A stretch of 62,644 nt of DNA, filler included, from Globobulimina sp. (taxonomy: Eukaryota), in assembly GCA_003354225.1 (NCBI GenBank). It is 43 parts of 43 records of this genome, joined end to end, with 100 filler letters (N's around TTAATTAATTAA, not from the genome) between each part and the next. Parts side by side here need not be neighbours in the genome. Positions count along the whole stretch, not along the records: positions 11,682 to 13,041 come from PIVH01017964.1; positions 13,142 to 14,501 come from PIVH01017965.1; positions 14,602 to 15,961 come from PIVH01017966.1; positions 16,062 to 17,421 come from PIVH01017967.1; positions 17,522 to 18,881 come from PIVH01017968.1; positions 18,982 to 20,341 come from PIVH01017969.1; positions 20,442 to 21,801 come from PIVH01017970.1; positions 21,902 to 23,261 come from PIVH01017971.1; 35 more parts are not named here. One strand, given 5' to 3'. The notes below the pieces were generated by a model. The model made no database searches. It was not told the DNA's origin and was given only the letters and a program-made list of their open reading frames with translations. A program made the position numbers and the translations under genes. Positions within the stretch are counted from its first letter, which is position 1, and the number at the start of each line of letters is the position of its first letter. This document shows positions 11,682-25,107 of the stretch, piece by piece.

Positions 11682-13035
11682 AGTCAAATTAAAAGAGGCA
11701 TATTCATCAAAAATATTCGATTTCTTCGAGTATGGCAACATTGATGGATCTAAATTCCGTTCGTATTCGGATGTGGAATTCGCGCAAGATTTGGAAGATT
11801 TTATTAACGACAATGAATCGGAGGGAGATTTATATTATAAACTGCGTGATTTATATGATAAAATCAACAATATTAATATTGTTAAAGTAACCACATTTTC
11901 AGTGGTACATACTCCGTATAATCACAATGCGAACCATCAGATTTCCTCATTATATGAATGTAAACTGCCTCAAATATGTTACATTATTATCAATATTATT
12001 CTAAATACCAAATCATTTCGCAAATTGATAAAATATAGAAATAAAATCATAGAATATATGGTTGAAAACAGAATCGATGGCGCTGTATTCGAGCGGATGA
12101 CGCGGCCGTCTTTCATACAAGGTTTAGCGCAATACATTGGCGCATTTAATACATTGCAATCTCTGGCACCTTTGATCGAACTTTATTATGCTATCAGGGA
12201 CCAAAATGTTAACCATATGTCACAAATAAATGTAAACAGTGAACAAGATCTATATATTGAGCTGGAACAACTTGTATGTTCTATAGCAATTATTTACTTT
12301 TTATATATCTTTATTTTGCTCCTTTAGAATGAAGAGGAATGGGAATGGTGCAAAAAAACCAATTTTACAAACATTTGTCGTGTTGGCTATATCCATGACG
12401 ATGGAATAATATCCATTGCGAATGTTGTAGAACAAAATCAAAACCATTTGACAGTGCAATTAGCATCAAATCATAACAAAACAGTCACACTGACTGTACC
12501 TAGCAAATCATTATGCGAACCGAACAAAGATTTAGTGGAAGAATCACATCGTACGGAATATAACAAATGGATTGCAATTTTAGTCTCGAAATATGAATGT
12601 CAGTCTGTATTTGAAATCGGTGTATTCAAATATATTGTAACTATGATAGAAAAGCACGCCGCAATTTTATTTACGATACAAAATGATAATTACAGTGCGA
12701 AGCTATTAGAGAAAACATACGACGATATTTTGAAATCTCTTATTGGTTATTTATTTGCAATAAAATGCGAACAACATCGCTGTTCTTCCAACGCAAAGTT
12801 AAAAATTGACTGTTTTTGTCCTGTGGATGAATTTCAATTATATACTTATGAATTATTAATGAGTGTAATCCAGCGAAAAATGAAAGTTATTGCCGACGAA
12901 TCTAAATTGTACCATGCTGATTTTGTTTGTGATAATGCGCATTATTCCGATGAAGATAAAACTGAGTTATTAAAGGCAACGACATTGAGTGAAACAACAA
13001 GTTGGAGCACTAAATCATCTCCGCGATTCAGTTAA
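11682..13035 (+). CDS. Hypothetical protist protein with two SAM-like (N.IDG..F) repeats; intron 12274-12327; 5' partial
   Basis: A 54-nt GTATGT...TTTAG intron joins ORFs 11773 and 12448 in frame; repeats YGNIDGSKF / ENRIDGAVF. Confidence 0.65.
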
Positions 13036-13141
13036 AAATATNNNNNNNNNNNNNNNNNNNNNNNNNNNNNNNNNNNNNNNNNNNNTTAATTAATTAANNN
13101 NNNNNNNNNNNNNNNNNNNNNNNNNNNNNNNNNNNNNNNNN

Positions 13142-13791
13142 ATCATTTAACGCGTGCAATTTTAGAATGTTTGCTAAATTACCCAACTTTTGGGTATTTC
13201 CGAGAGAAATATTCGATTTATACCAAACGAACAGTCTCTCAAAAAACAGCAGTAACGAATGCAAATAGTAAACATCCATTCATTCGGAAATATCATTCAG
13301 TTCAACATATTAATGACATCGGTTATCAATTTGGATTAATATTTTTGATTCGTGACCCCATCGAAAGTATCATTTCTGAGTTAAAATCACGTCCGTTTTT
13401 TTGGAAAGATTATGAAACAGAAACGAAACAATTAATAAACTTAGCAACGTTTTATGTAAATTGGACGAATACCAACACGAAATTGTTGCTTTTTTATGAG
13501 GATTATTTTAATATTTCAGTAAAATGGATAAATTTATTAAAAATACAAACATTTTTTGGTAAAGATATCATATCGGATAAGCAGTTAAATTTTTGTATTG
13601 ATAATTTTGAGAATGTTACAAATATTGGATTGGAAGCGTTGGAAAGAAGTGCTGCTGGACATACAAATTTGCATCATTACCGAGACTCGCATTATACAAA
13701 AAATTCACTCTTTTGGCCTGTAATTGAAGTGCCGTCGATTGAATATAATCAGGTCTTTTATAAATATGAAAATGTCAACTCTTGTTCATGA
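13142..13791 (+). CDS. Sulfotransferase-like protein (5' partial)
   Basis: LIFLIRDPIESIIS (3'-phosphate-binding RDP..S motif) and LLLFYED. Confidence 0.6.
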
Positions 13792-13848
13792 TATTTAATT
13801 AATTGAGCTGTTCTTCTTATTTTGACAAAGTAACAGTTTTACTAACTG

Positions 13849-14501
13849 ATGGAGTACACAATGTCTTCTCTTTATCATACATTCCAGCAAACTCATCATG
13901 TAACATCCTTGATAGTTATAATTGCAATTGGCATAATTGTCACGTTTTCAATACCAATCTATTTACTATTGTCCAAATGCAGAAACAATAAACCAAACAA
14001 AATACTATTATCTTCAAACGAAAACAACGACAATAGCGATGATATTGCATCTGATGTCATCACTGAATTGGAGTTATCTCATCCACCCACACCAAGTATT
14101 TGAGCATATGTTTAAATATTTTATATTGTTCCGATTGCAAACAATTAACATATACACAACACAGCAAAACCACATATACGAACTGATGAATCAACGCAAG
14201 AATTCGAAAAAATAAAGTCTTTGGAACAAGCATTATCGGAACAAAAATTATTAAATCGTTTAAGTAAAGTTAGACTACAAAAGAAAGAAAAAGCATGTGC
14301 AGAATTACAAACATTTGAACAAAATGCACAAAAAAGAATACGTGAGTTAATAGAGGAAAATCGCTCGATTTCAAACAAAAATTCGCAAGTAATGAAATAC
14401 TGCAAAAATAACGCAGATGGATGCCGTGAGGAATATGATGAATCACAGAAAAAATTGTTTATTGCAACGGAGAAAAATAGTATTTTGGAAAAGGAAAATC
14501 T
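13849..14501 (+). CDS. Single-pass membrane protein with coiled coil; intron 14096-14164; 3' partial
   Basis: A 69-nt GT...CAG intron joins the TM ORF (13849) in frame to the coiled-coil ORF (14221). Confidence 0.65.
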
Positions 14502-14601
14502 NNNNNNNNNNNNNNNNNNNNNNNNNNNNNNNNNNNNNNNNNNNNTTAATTAATTAANNNNNNNNNNNNNNNNNNNNNNNNNNNNNNNNNNNNNNNNNNN
14601 N

Positions 14602-15641
14602 AATTCGAATTTCGTGCTGGTAAAAAAGTTAATTTAGCATTCCTGGATTCTATGATTAATCGTGTCAACACTGATCAATACAGCGGATGTAAAGCGCATA
14701 GCAAAAACGACGCGGGTATTCAAAGAAGAATTCACGAGGAATACCCTGCGATTAAACGACAAATGGTAGCATGGATTACGGGTCAAGCACAGCTGAAATG
14801 TGACTATAAAGCAACGGTAATGCATCATGCTATTCATTCCACTATGAAACATAGAGGATGTGATGAAGGGAAAATATTGGAACGAGAATATTTATCAAAT
14901 GATGATGGAGCGAGTTTATTTGATTTACATATTAGTGGACATGACCATGCTATGGAATATGGTGAATTGCTATGGCGAGGGTTTAAACATGCAATAATTG
15001 GTAGTACACGATATTGTGACGGATTGACAAATGTTGCCAAAGCGAAAGATTTTTTTGCTGGTTTGCTGCTGGGAAGACATGCTCAGAAAAGGAAACAATA
15101 CAATCACCAACGATGGAAGAAGGACTATCTTGATTATTATTCTAATGTGTTTCATGACAGTACGAGTGGATGGAGAAACTGTAAAGATGGCGGATTTGCT
15201 GAATTGGTGTTAACGGATCACGGAGAAGGTCGTGAATTGGGTGCTGTAGTGACATATTATAATGCAAATGCTGAGATTCAAAAAGAAGAGTTGTTTGCGA
15301 TGGGTGTATCAAGGCAAAGGACACGGAGAGAAATGGCGAGGATGAATGGTGAGACGGCTGGAATGAGTGGTGGTGATTTGACAGATTCGACAGTGTTTGT
15401 AATGGGAGAAGGAATATTACCAAAAGAGTCAGATCAATGTATTGATGGTTTACAATATGAACGTTGGATGGAAAAACCTTTAAATGTAGCAGGTGTAAAA
15501 GAAAAATGGATGGAATGGATAGGAAAAACTTATCATGGAACACGTAATGATAGTTTCGAGAGAATGGATGTTAGTGTGTGGTTTGGTGGCGATCAGGGCG
15601 CTGTGATGGGAAAAGATCCTGGTCACGTTTGTAGCCCATGA
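14602..15641 (+). CDS. Purple acid phosphatase / ACP5-like metallophosphoesterase, C-terminal part
   Basis: VMHHAIHS..H.G, DLHISGHDH and GGFA motifs. Confidence 0.75.
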
Positions 15642-16061
15642 TATCAATTTAACATTTAAAATGCTTATTTCGCATAAATTTTTTTCTGATTAATAGTCTA
15701 ATTTTTGAGTTTAAAAGTTGAGGTAAATCGTGGTAGACTAGTCGATTACGTTATAAAATATTATATTTATGACGTAACTATCATAACGTTACAACTTCCA
15801 TCATTTTATTCGTTTTTTGTTGTGTGTACTTGTTGTCCCCAGTTTGTTAACATTTTGCTTGGATACCAGTTAGTAATACTGTTACTGTTGCTAGTCATCT
15901 ATTTAGTATTCTTGCTAAATGTAGCCTACTGCATAGCAGCAAGACCAAAAACGTCACAGTGNNNNNNNNNNNNNNNNNNNNNNNNNNNNNNNNNNNNNNN
16001 NNNNNTTAATTAATTAANNNNNNNNNNNNNNNNNNNNNNNNNNNNNNNNNNNNNNNNNNNN

Positions 16062-17269
16062 TTGCAGGTTATGTTGGGTCAGGCATTCAATGTGCAATAT
16101 TAAATAAAATGGGTGAAATGGGAAACAAAAATAAGAATATTAATAAAAATGGAAAATATATTCGTAACTTAATGGATGGCCGTTCGCTCGATGACCATTT
16201 AAATAAGAAAACAGATGAAGAATATCCAACTGTTATGTTTGTGCATGCTTTGAATCCATACGGAATGCATTATGCTGTCGCCTCAAATGAAAACAATGTT
16301 GAATTAAATAGAAATTTAAAAACGCAAAAAGAATGGCAACAATTTAATAAATATCAACACAAAAATGCTGACATTGATACGTTTTTAAACCCGGAATATG
16401 GTGTAATAGATATGGTTATTAATACAGATAAATATATTATTGGCTCGCAATTCTTTAAAATGAATTGGATTATACAATATATTTGGTCGTATATAATTGA
16501 TTGGTATTTAAAAACTGTATTTTATGGATATTATATGCTTGAATATAACGGGGAGTTTGATTATAATCAATTGTTCGAGAGATTTGTCGTTGGACAGAAC
16601 TATGACTCAAATGGTTTGCGATATGTTGGTGATAATAATAATTTGGAGAAATCACATCTTGTTTTTATGGATTTTTTAAAGAGAAAATTTAAAGAAAATG
16701 AATGGGAAAAACAGTTTAAGAAAATAACAATAATTGATGTACATTCTGGATTTGGTAAATATGGATCAGATACGTATTCATTACTTGTTAATAATGACAA
16801 TTATTTGGAACAGATTCAAAATATTGGTAGGAAATATAGAATCGGTGCAATGGTTGAAAGCAGAAATTATAAAAAGAATGAGTTTGCAAATGGTATTTAT
16901 AAAAATGTGACAGGAATGGCCTATCAATATATTATGGATTTTATTGTTAACGATGCAATGAAAATGAATGATAATTCAGCAATAAATGTTGATACATTAG
17001 GATTGTTGCAAGGTTTTAGCACAGATTCAATGGAATATATGTTAAATGCAATGAGATTTCACCATTCATATCACAGAGAATATAAAGAATATGTAAATAA
17101 TATGGATGACAATGATCCGGAGCAGAAAAGAATTTTGACATTAATTGAATTTGTAAAAGAATATTCAGGCAATACTTTAAAAGATGCTGTTTATGCTAAA
17201 GATCTGAAATGGAGAAGAAAAGTTATTGACGCTGGATATGACCTTTTTGTTGCATTATATCGGAGATAA
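16062..17269 (+). CDS. M14-like metallopeptidase (DUF2817 type), 5' partial
   Basis: GYVGSGIQ, VHALNPYGM....NENNVELNRN and IIDVHSGFGKYG motifs. Confidence 0.8.
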
Positions 17270-17521
17270 ATATAAATGTTTGGACATTACACTTGCACAA
17301 AAGTTACCGGTTTAGATATTACAAACAAAAAAAACTTAAAGCAATGTATCCTGCTCATTGTTATCAATTTTCATATGTTTAAATGCAATTTCTTCCTTTT
17401 TAGCAAGACGATACAAATTAANNNNNNNNNNNNNNNNNNNNNNNNNNNNNNNNNNNNNNNNNNNNTTAATTAATTAANNNNNNNNNNNNNNNNNNNNNNN
17501 NNNNNNNNNNNNNNNNNNNNN

Positions 17522-18881
17522 TGTATGGTATGCACCAACGACTGCAACAACGCCGCTAATTTCTTATCCTCGTCGTACAAATCCGTATTCTCACTCACTT
17601 TGCCACCGTTATGGATCTCTGTATTCCTGGCCGCCACATCGTGGATATTCCCGCTTCGGTTCCGAGGCTTATACGGCGTGATCGCCTCATCGTACAATGT
17701 CATATTAAACGGTTCCGGCTGGTCGTGCGAGGCAATGAAACTCGGCAACATCGGGTTAATATCCACGAACTGCAATTGTTGCGTGGTCAGATACACATTG
17801 CCTCCGCCAAAGAACTGCGCGTATTGATACAGATATCGCTGGCGTTTATACACCGCGTCGCTGTTATAAAAGGTGAATTTGAATGGATTCTCCACGCCGT
17901 TCTGCGTCGCCCTCCCTGCGGCTGTGGTGGATTTGGGTTTGGACGACAACAACGACAAAGGCGAGGCGTTGCCATTGCAGGTCGTGGCCGTAAGTGAGGG
18001 GGAATATTGGTATAAAGGATTGAATTTCTGTCCCACTGCAGCTGTAGTGCCGCTGTCTTGAAACAGCGTATGTGGCGCATAAAATTGATACATGTCATAC
18101 TGTGCCTTGCCATCCACGCATTCCATATACAAGCCACTGTCGCCGAAACCTATATGCGTGCCTACGTTCATCTGGTCGTGGATCTCGTTTTCGATCTCTT
18201 GCATGATATCATCGATGTCGTAGTCGTCGTCGGTGTCCATGTCGGTGGTGGCGGTGCTGTGGCTGTCCGTATCTGTGGGCGTGTCTTCGTAGCTTTGTGT
18301 GCTGGCATCGGGAGTACGGAGGTCAGTGTCGTTGCTGATGGGCGTATCCACGATGTTTAGCATCATCGAGTTGGATATGCCAATGGGCGAAGTGTCCATG
18401 CTTATTTTGGGCGATTGTAGCGGTATATCATTGTTGTTGTTGTATATGTTTTTGATGGTTTGTAATTTGGATTGGATGGAATGTAGCAAAAGTTGCGCAA
18501 TGTCGTGCTTGGCATAGGTGGCTTTAGAATGCGTGAATTTGGTGGTGTAGAATTGGTGGATGATGGGGTTGAATTCGGTGAAGTGAATGGTGAGTAGTTT
18601 GTGGTGGGAATGCGGCGTGTTTGGGGATTGGGGTTGGAGCAAAGTGAATAATTGGTTGGTTTCGGTGCTTGTATCCCCGTATAAAGCGAATTTGTCTTCG
18701 ATGAATGTCACGAAAGTGTGTGCGTCCATGGATTCGTTTTCGTGCTCTTTGTACGAGAGGTTTGATGAGTTTTTGGTGTTGGTGCTGTGTTTGGAAATGT
18801 TGTCGTTGAATTCGCAGAATAAGTCTCCTAAATGATGTATGGCTGCACGCACTACATCACATTTTTGGAAGGAGTCCGCTG
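17522..18881 (-). CDS. Hypothetical protein (internal fragment, higher GC)
   Basis: Frame open across essentially the whole contig; acidic/Thr-rich linker; no family recognised. Confidence 0.6.
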
Positions 18882-18981
18882 NNNNNNNNNNNNNNNNNNN
18901 NNNNNNNNNNNNNNNNNNNNNNNNNTTAATTAATTAANNNNNNNNNNNNNNNNNNNNNNNNNNNNNNNNNNNNNNNNNNNN

Positions 18982-20341
18982 TTCAGTTTATTTGATGTAA
19001 ATAGATCCAAAATTATTCCACATGCACAGTACCAATCACTTGCGTTGCTATTATCCTTTTTATGTTTATACTGAATGTTATCACCGATGTTCCAATTTGT
19101 GTTCACATCTTTTTCTTCTTCAATACTTTTTAATTTACCATCTTTAAACAAACAATAATTTGGTTGAAGAAATCTAAATTTATGCTGATCAATAGTATGA
19201 TTAGCATCATATTTCCATTCCATTTCATACAATAAATATTCACAAATATCATCACAATTTCCTAATATATTCACATCGAATTCATATTGCGATAGGCCCA
19301 CAATTTCACGATTGATTAAAATTAATGGAATATTTTTATCTAACAAATTAGGGATAGATCCAAACGGATCGACTAACATTGATGTGCCAATCACCAACAC
19401 CAAATCACAATGCTCCACATCCCAATATATCATATTTAATGAATGTTTCTTCAACGATTCACTGAAAAATATCGCGTTTGGTTTAAAAGCACCGTATGAT
19501 TCAAATGATTTTAGCCATTTAATTATTTGACCTCTCACTTGATCCAAAACAAAATCATCATCGTGGCGAAGCTCTAAAATATCAAACATTTCCTGTTTTA
19601 TATCTGCATTTATTGAATGCTTCAATGACAATGGATACGATTTTAGAATATTTGTTTTGCGTTTTAATTCTGGAATTAATAATGATGGGATTCTAATTTG
19701 TATTACATTTGTAAAATCATCTTTTTCTTCTTTACAAATATTAAATCCATTTGAAATAATATCACTTTGAGATAACTCAATTTCGTTATTTAATGTATGT
19801 TGCTCTCTACATTTAATACAATACGGAATAGATTTAGTTTTTAAATGTTTCTGGATAAAATTCGATGCTGTTTTGATGGTAAAATTACAATTAACACAGG
19901 AATATGATGCTGTTGTACCATGACAATGGTTCATTTTAGCTGACAATATTCCACATTTTAAACCTAATCCATCAATATTTTGTGTTGCCATTCGAAGTAA
20001 TTTATTGTTATCTTGTAGCGTTTTGATAAAATAATGTGTTTTTGATGGATTATATTGATGAGTATTGAATAAGTTATCTGTGCCATATAAATAAAATAAT
20101 TTTGGTCTTTTTTTTAAGAAAAAATCTAAATCAAAAATATCAGATGGATCGTTTGTTTGTTGTTTAATTTCGTCATTGTTATTGAATTGTTGATAAATAC
20201 CGTTTTTTGATCTAAAATCAGGAATATTGCAAGCTGTTGAAATTCCGGCACCAGTTAATATTAATATTTTTGAGCTTTGTTTAATTAAATCAACGACATG
20301 TTTCATGTTATAAATGTTTGATAATTTATGGCGATATTGTT
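18982..20341 (-). CDS. Class I sirtuin NAD-dependent deacylase (partial at both ends)
   Basis: TGAGIS...IPDFRS, TQNIDGL, HG, CVNC/CIKC zinc pairs, KP..IFF.E, IGTS, LINRE, LGNCD. Confidence 0.93.
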
Positions 20342-21235
20342 NNNNNNNNNNNNNNNNNNNNNNNNNNNNNNNNNNNNNNNNNNNNTTAATTAATTAANNN
20401 NNNNNNNNNNNNNNNNNNNNNNNNNNNNNNNNNNNNNNNNNCGCATTGTGGAGCATTTAATTGACTGACAACAGTGTATAATGACTATCGCCGTGGTTTA
20501 AATAAATAAAAAAACATACAAAAAAACATTGTTATTATGCGAATATGCGATGGCTGTTGGAGTTGTCGAGTAACTGTTGGGTGCAACTCCCATCAACTCC
20601 GATGTTTGTGTTGTGTCAAACCCATATTGTATATGGTTCAATGCACTCATTATTATGGTTCGTGTCTGCAACATCTGCCTTTAGGCGGACGCACGACATA
20701 TAATATTTATTTGTGTCTTTTTTTTGTCTGCAACAGTTACCGCGAGGTAGCGCATGACATATAATATTTATTTGTGTGTGTCAGCAATAGCTACCGCAAA
20801 GTAGCACGCATGACAATGAAAATTTGGATGGATGGAACAACTGTTAAACCCAATGTTTATTATACAGCAAACCCAAAATTAATTTTTTGGTGTATTTTAA
20901 AAATAAATTGGTTGTTGTTTATAATTGGTTGACTTTTTTGGGTTAGCTTCTTCATTCACCACTGTTTATATTCTTTCATAAGGGCTACTTGCGCGGCGTA
21001 AACCAGTTTAAATCGCAAAACTTTTTCCCTGCGATTTTCCCACATTTTCCCTGCGATTTTCCCACCACATTTGCTTTAGTTGCCATCAGATTATATTTGA
21101 CTTTCGCAGCTTCGAATACTTCAATCTGTTTACAATATAAATAATATAATATGGTTTTAAATATAAATAATATGTTTTGATCGTTTTTGAAAAATGGATT
21201 TTAACACAATATATATTTTACAAGTACGGAAGGTA

Positions 21236-21801
21236 TTATTTATTTGAATATTTCCTGGCTTCACCACAAACGTTACACTCTATGAATTGATAATTATTAA
21301 TCAATGTACAAATAGCACACTGCCAATCCTCTTGTTTGTGCGCATGCGGTTGCAATGGCTGTTGGTTTCCACCTGAAGTTATATTGTAATCGTTCATTAA
21401 TTGTTGGATATTTTGGTGATCATCGGACCAATATCCATCTGTTGGCTCATTGATATTGTAGTCATTAATGGCAAAGCTGTGATAAAATCATCATTCTCCT
21501 CATTTGCATAAAATATGGATGAATTTAAAAATATTTGCTGCAACGAGGGAAATACATCGCTGCCTCCTGTGAATAAATAACCATTGTTGCTATTGCTATT
21601 GTTCTTGTTTTCTGGTTCTTGTTTGATGCGGCAGTCAATATTAAACATTTGAATGCATGGATTGTAACATTGCGGAGGGAAATTATTCAATGATAAATGT
21701 AGTGATTGCAAGTTTGGCATTTTACAAAGAACTGAACATAATTTGGTTACGATTAACACTGACTCTGTGATTGCTTTCTTCCTTTCTTGCTCACTGCTAT
21801 T
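21236..21801 (-). CDS. LRR-containing protein with C-terminal RanBP2/NZF zinc finger; 1-nt frameshift near 21412
   Basis: MPNLQSLHLSLNNF LRR. The shifted frame gives WQCAICTLINNYQFIECNVC ending at TAA 21236. Confidence 0.6.
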
Positions 21802-22269
21802 NNNNNNNNNNNNNNNNNNNNNNNNNNNNNNNNNNNNNNNNNNNNTTAATTAATTAANNNNNNNNNNNNNNNNNNNNNNNNNNNNNNNNNNNNNNNNNNN
21901 NGAAGTAAGGAACACTATCATCCAAATAAAAAAGTATATCAAGCGAACACGAAATGACAACGACCCTAAATCTATGCTATAATATTGTGCTATTCACATG
22001 ATTTGATTATGGGAATAAAATAGTTTACAATATAAATTATATTTCTTATGTTAAACCGTAAGCTGTTTTTGAATGCACATATATATGTCTTGTACAGTAT
22101 GTATTTTGTCAAGAATTTTGCGTAAAGAGGAGTATCATCAAAAAGAACAATATTATTTTTTCCCAATACCGACGCGCCTTGATTTGGTACAGCAGCAACA
22201 GACATAATATCATAACAATTTGAAATATATACAATAATATTATTATGTCGCAATGTTTATAAGTCGACA

Positions 22270-22618
22270 CTCGTCATAAGTCGATACATTTAATTTTTAT
22301 TTTTAAAGCAACAGATCTCCAAATTAAAGCACATAACAAATCATTTTCTTTTTTATCTCCAGATATTTACATTTACAATTTCTATTAAGAAGTATTTGAA
22401 ATAATTGACACTTTCTCATTTGATTCTGTATTATTTTCCTCTTTTTGTTCAGTTAAAATCAATCGAATGCATATGACATTACCATTCTCTTTATCAAAGT
22501 TAATAACAGCTCCACAGTTGCGCATGCGATTTGCATCATTTGTTACTAATTTATTTTACATTTTCAATTTATCCACTTGTTCAATATCACTCACCAATTC
22601 TAACGCGCTTTGTTCCAT
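22270..22618 (-). pseudogene. Degraded ORF divergent from BMS1
   Basis: ATG 22618, in-frame TAA after 20 codons, coding-like continuation, then frameshifts. Confidence 0.35.
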
Positions 22619-22677
22619 TATTTTTTCTTTCACTTAACAAAACTTACTTAAAGTCTTAAACAGTAAAACGTCAAACC

Positions 22678-23261
22678 ATGGCTTCCTGGACTCCCAAGGT
22701 ATTTTCATTAATGAAACCAATACTGGCAATCGTTGATATAAAATAATAATTCTTTTTGTTTACAATAGCGTGCCTTACCAACCAGTGCCGTACAAGTGAA
22801 TCATAGTCATGGCAAACCCGGCAATTCAGTCTCTTCTCGTAAGAGAGAAGCCGCAAGAAATAAGAAACTCGGCATCTCCAAACCAGCCGCATTTAACATC
22901 AAAGCAAACACACAAAATAATTACATGGCAAAATGGAAATATGTGAAAAAATTAATGGATCGAGAACATCGTAAACATCATGCTTTAATGAACAAGCGCG
23001 TTACAGCGGATATGATGGAACCACCGATATTCGTGGCTGTGGTCGGTCCACCGGGCGTTGGCAAAACAATGTTGATCCGCTCCTTAATAAAACACTACAC
23101 CACCACGAGAATCACAGGTATGAAGCTATGCAAATGCATATGATTCATCATCAAATTATCAATAATTATATAAAAACACATTGTGAACAGATTGCAGAGG
23201 ACCAATGACCATCTTAGCAAATGCAACGAGGCGTATAACGTTCTTAGAATGTCCAAATGAC
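22678..23261 (+). CDS. BMS1: Ribosome biogenesis GTPase BMS1, N-terminus; introns 22699-22768 and 23118-23190
   Basis: EPPIFVAVVGPPGVGKTMLIRSLIKHYT; after splicing ...RGPMTILANATRRITFLECPND. Confidence 0.92.
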
Positions 23262-23444
23262 NNNNNNNNNNNNNNNNNNNNNNNNNNNNNNNNNNNNNNN
23301 NNNNNTTAATTAATTAANNNNNNNNNNNNNNNNNNNNNNNNNNNNNNNNNNNNNNNNNNNNGCCGGTCACAACATGTACATGCATTTATTTTTTGAAAAA
23401 AAAACTTTTGAGGTGAAAGAGATTTGATCCGGAAAAAAAACGAA

Positions 23445-24323
23445 TTATTGCAGATCAAACACAAATTTAACAGTATGTGCAACAGGAGTTATATCCATCG
23501 AACTGTTTATATAGCAAACACCACTTTTCTTATGATTGATAATCCCATTTTCATCGTGTACGTGACCAAATAAATGCACATAAGGTTTTATTTTTGTTTC
23601 AATTGCTGTCCGTAAGCTGTTTGACCCCCAATGATCATATAATGTATGAACCTCATTACAAATAACACAATGTTTCTCATTTTTAAATTTTCTCTGCCAG
23701 GCTCTATCCAATATAGCATATGGCGGTTGATGTGTAATCAAAATGTCTGTATCGTCTGGAATTAAACTCCATTTTTTATGCAATTCTTTTTCTTCCCCAC
23801 CAAACGCATATATTGTGTCATATATATGTTTGGTCCACGGCGAACCATATATCTTTAATCCGTATATTTCAACAAAAGAATCTTGTAAATATATACAGTT
23901 TGATAATATTTTTTGAACGTTATCCTTTCCTAAACCTTCCAATGATAATTCATGATTTCCAGCAATTACAATCTTATGTTTGTGTTTTAATGTTGCGAGC
24001 CATGCATTAAATTCCATGATCTCTTTTGGTATTTCTTTAGTGTTTCTATTAAATGTTTGCGGAGATTCGGAGAGAAAGTCACCGGAATGGATCAATATGT
24101 CACCTTTTGGTATATTTCTTGCTCTAAATTCATTGTGAGCTAAATGTGTATCACTGATATGAACTATTTTTATGGATGGAAATGCCTCTTTTGCTTCTTG
24201 CTTTATTTTCTTTTTCTTTTTCTGTGCTTCTATCATTGGTTTATACTTTGAAAATAAGAGATGAATATCACCATCGCCTAATTCGTCTGGCGTTTTTTCA
24301 TCTTTTTGCTGGCTTTGATGCAT
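23445..24323 (-). CDS. MPPED1/2-like (239FB) metallophosphoesterase
   Basis: ISDTH, GDILIHSGD, IAGNHE, YGSPW, DILITHQPP, FGHVH. Confidence 0.92.
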   Translation of the reverse strand: MHQSQQKDEKTPDELGDGDIHLLFSKYKPMIEAQKKKKKIKQEAKEAFPSIKIVHISDTHLAHNEFRARNIPKGDILIHSGDFLSESPQTFNRNTKEIPKEIMEFNAWLATLKHKHKIVIAGNHELSLEGLGKDNVQKILSNCIYLQDSFVEIYGLKIYGSPWTKHIYDTIYAFGGEEKELHKKWSLIPDDTDILITHQPPYAILDRAWQRKFKNEKHCVICNEVHTLYDHWGSNSLRTAIETKIKPYVHLFGHVHDENGIINHKKSGVCYINSSMDITPVAHTVKFVFDLQ

Positions 24324-25107
24324 TAGCTTGAGTCGACTGCGAAAACAGCAACAAACGAAGGTGTCCTAAATAGTTTAATTTTGAAACAAAATGTGATCGA
24401 ATGTATGCGTGAGAACGTCCAAATTAATTAAAAGTATATCAACAAACAAACAACAATTAACAACAAAAAATCGAAAAATAAAGAATAAGTTAAAATTAAA
24501 ATGATAAAAAACAGAATATTTAAGTTAAAATAAAGAATATTAAAGTTAAAATAAAACATATTAACATAAAAAATACATTTTGAGAGCTAGAGAAAAATTG
24601 CAATAATTATATAACATATATTTGGATTTTATATCATTGATCGTGTGGATGTTTAAATGATGAGGTTCTTTTCATGTGATTCTTATTCTTTTTCTCTTTT
24701 TTTCGTTTCTCTTTTAATCTCNNNNNNNNNNNNNNNNNNNNNNNNNNNNNNNNNNNNNNNNNNNNTTAATTAATTAANNNNNNNNNNNNNNNNNNNNNNN
24801 NNNNNNNNNNNNNNNNNNNNNCAATAACAAACGCACAAAGCAAGAAAAATGACGACAGAGTTAGTGTGCTGATGCCTAATTTATGGGAAAAAATGAACAA
24901 TTCTACCACGTCAAATATTATTGTTAATTAATTCATGGTGCTTCTGGTGAGTGCGTACGCCCTCTTTCCGACGTTTGTGCATCCCAATATTTCAATATTT
25001 CTTAGTTACAACTTACAAGTTACAAGTTACTACTATATAATATATGAGAATGAACAAAATAATTTATTACAAGATTTTTTTTTCAGGTAGAAGGTCAGTT
25101 TTTGATT

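Noticed and set aside
17525-18835. Many overlapping plus-strand ORFs
   Set aside because: Antisense shadows of the GC-richer minus-strand gene; the same applies to most short ORFs in the track.
20695-21066. Short direct duplications (GACATATAATATTTATTTGTGT x2; TTTTCCCTGCGATTTTCCCAC x2)
   Set aside because: Ordinary local tandem duplications with no element boundaries.
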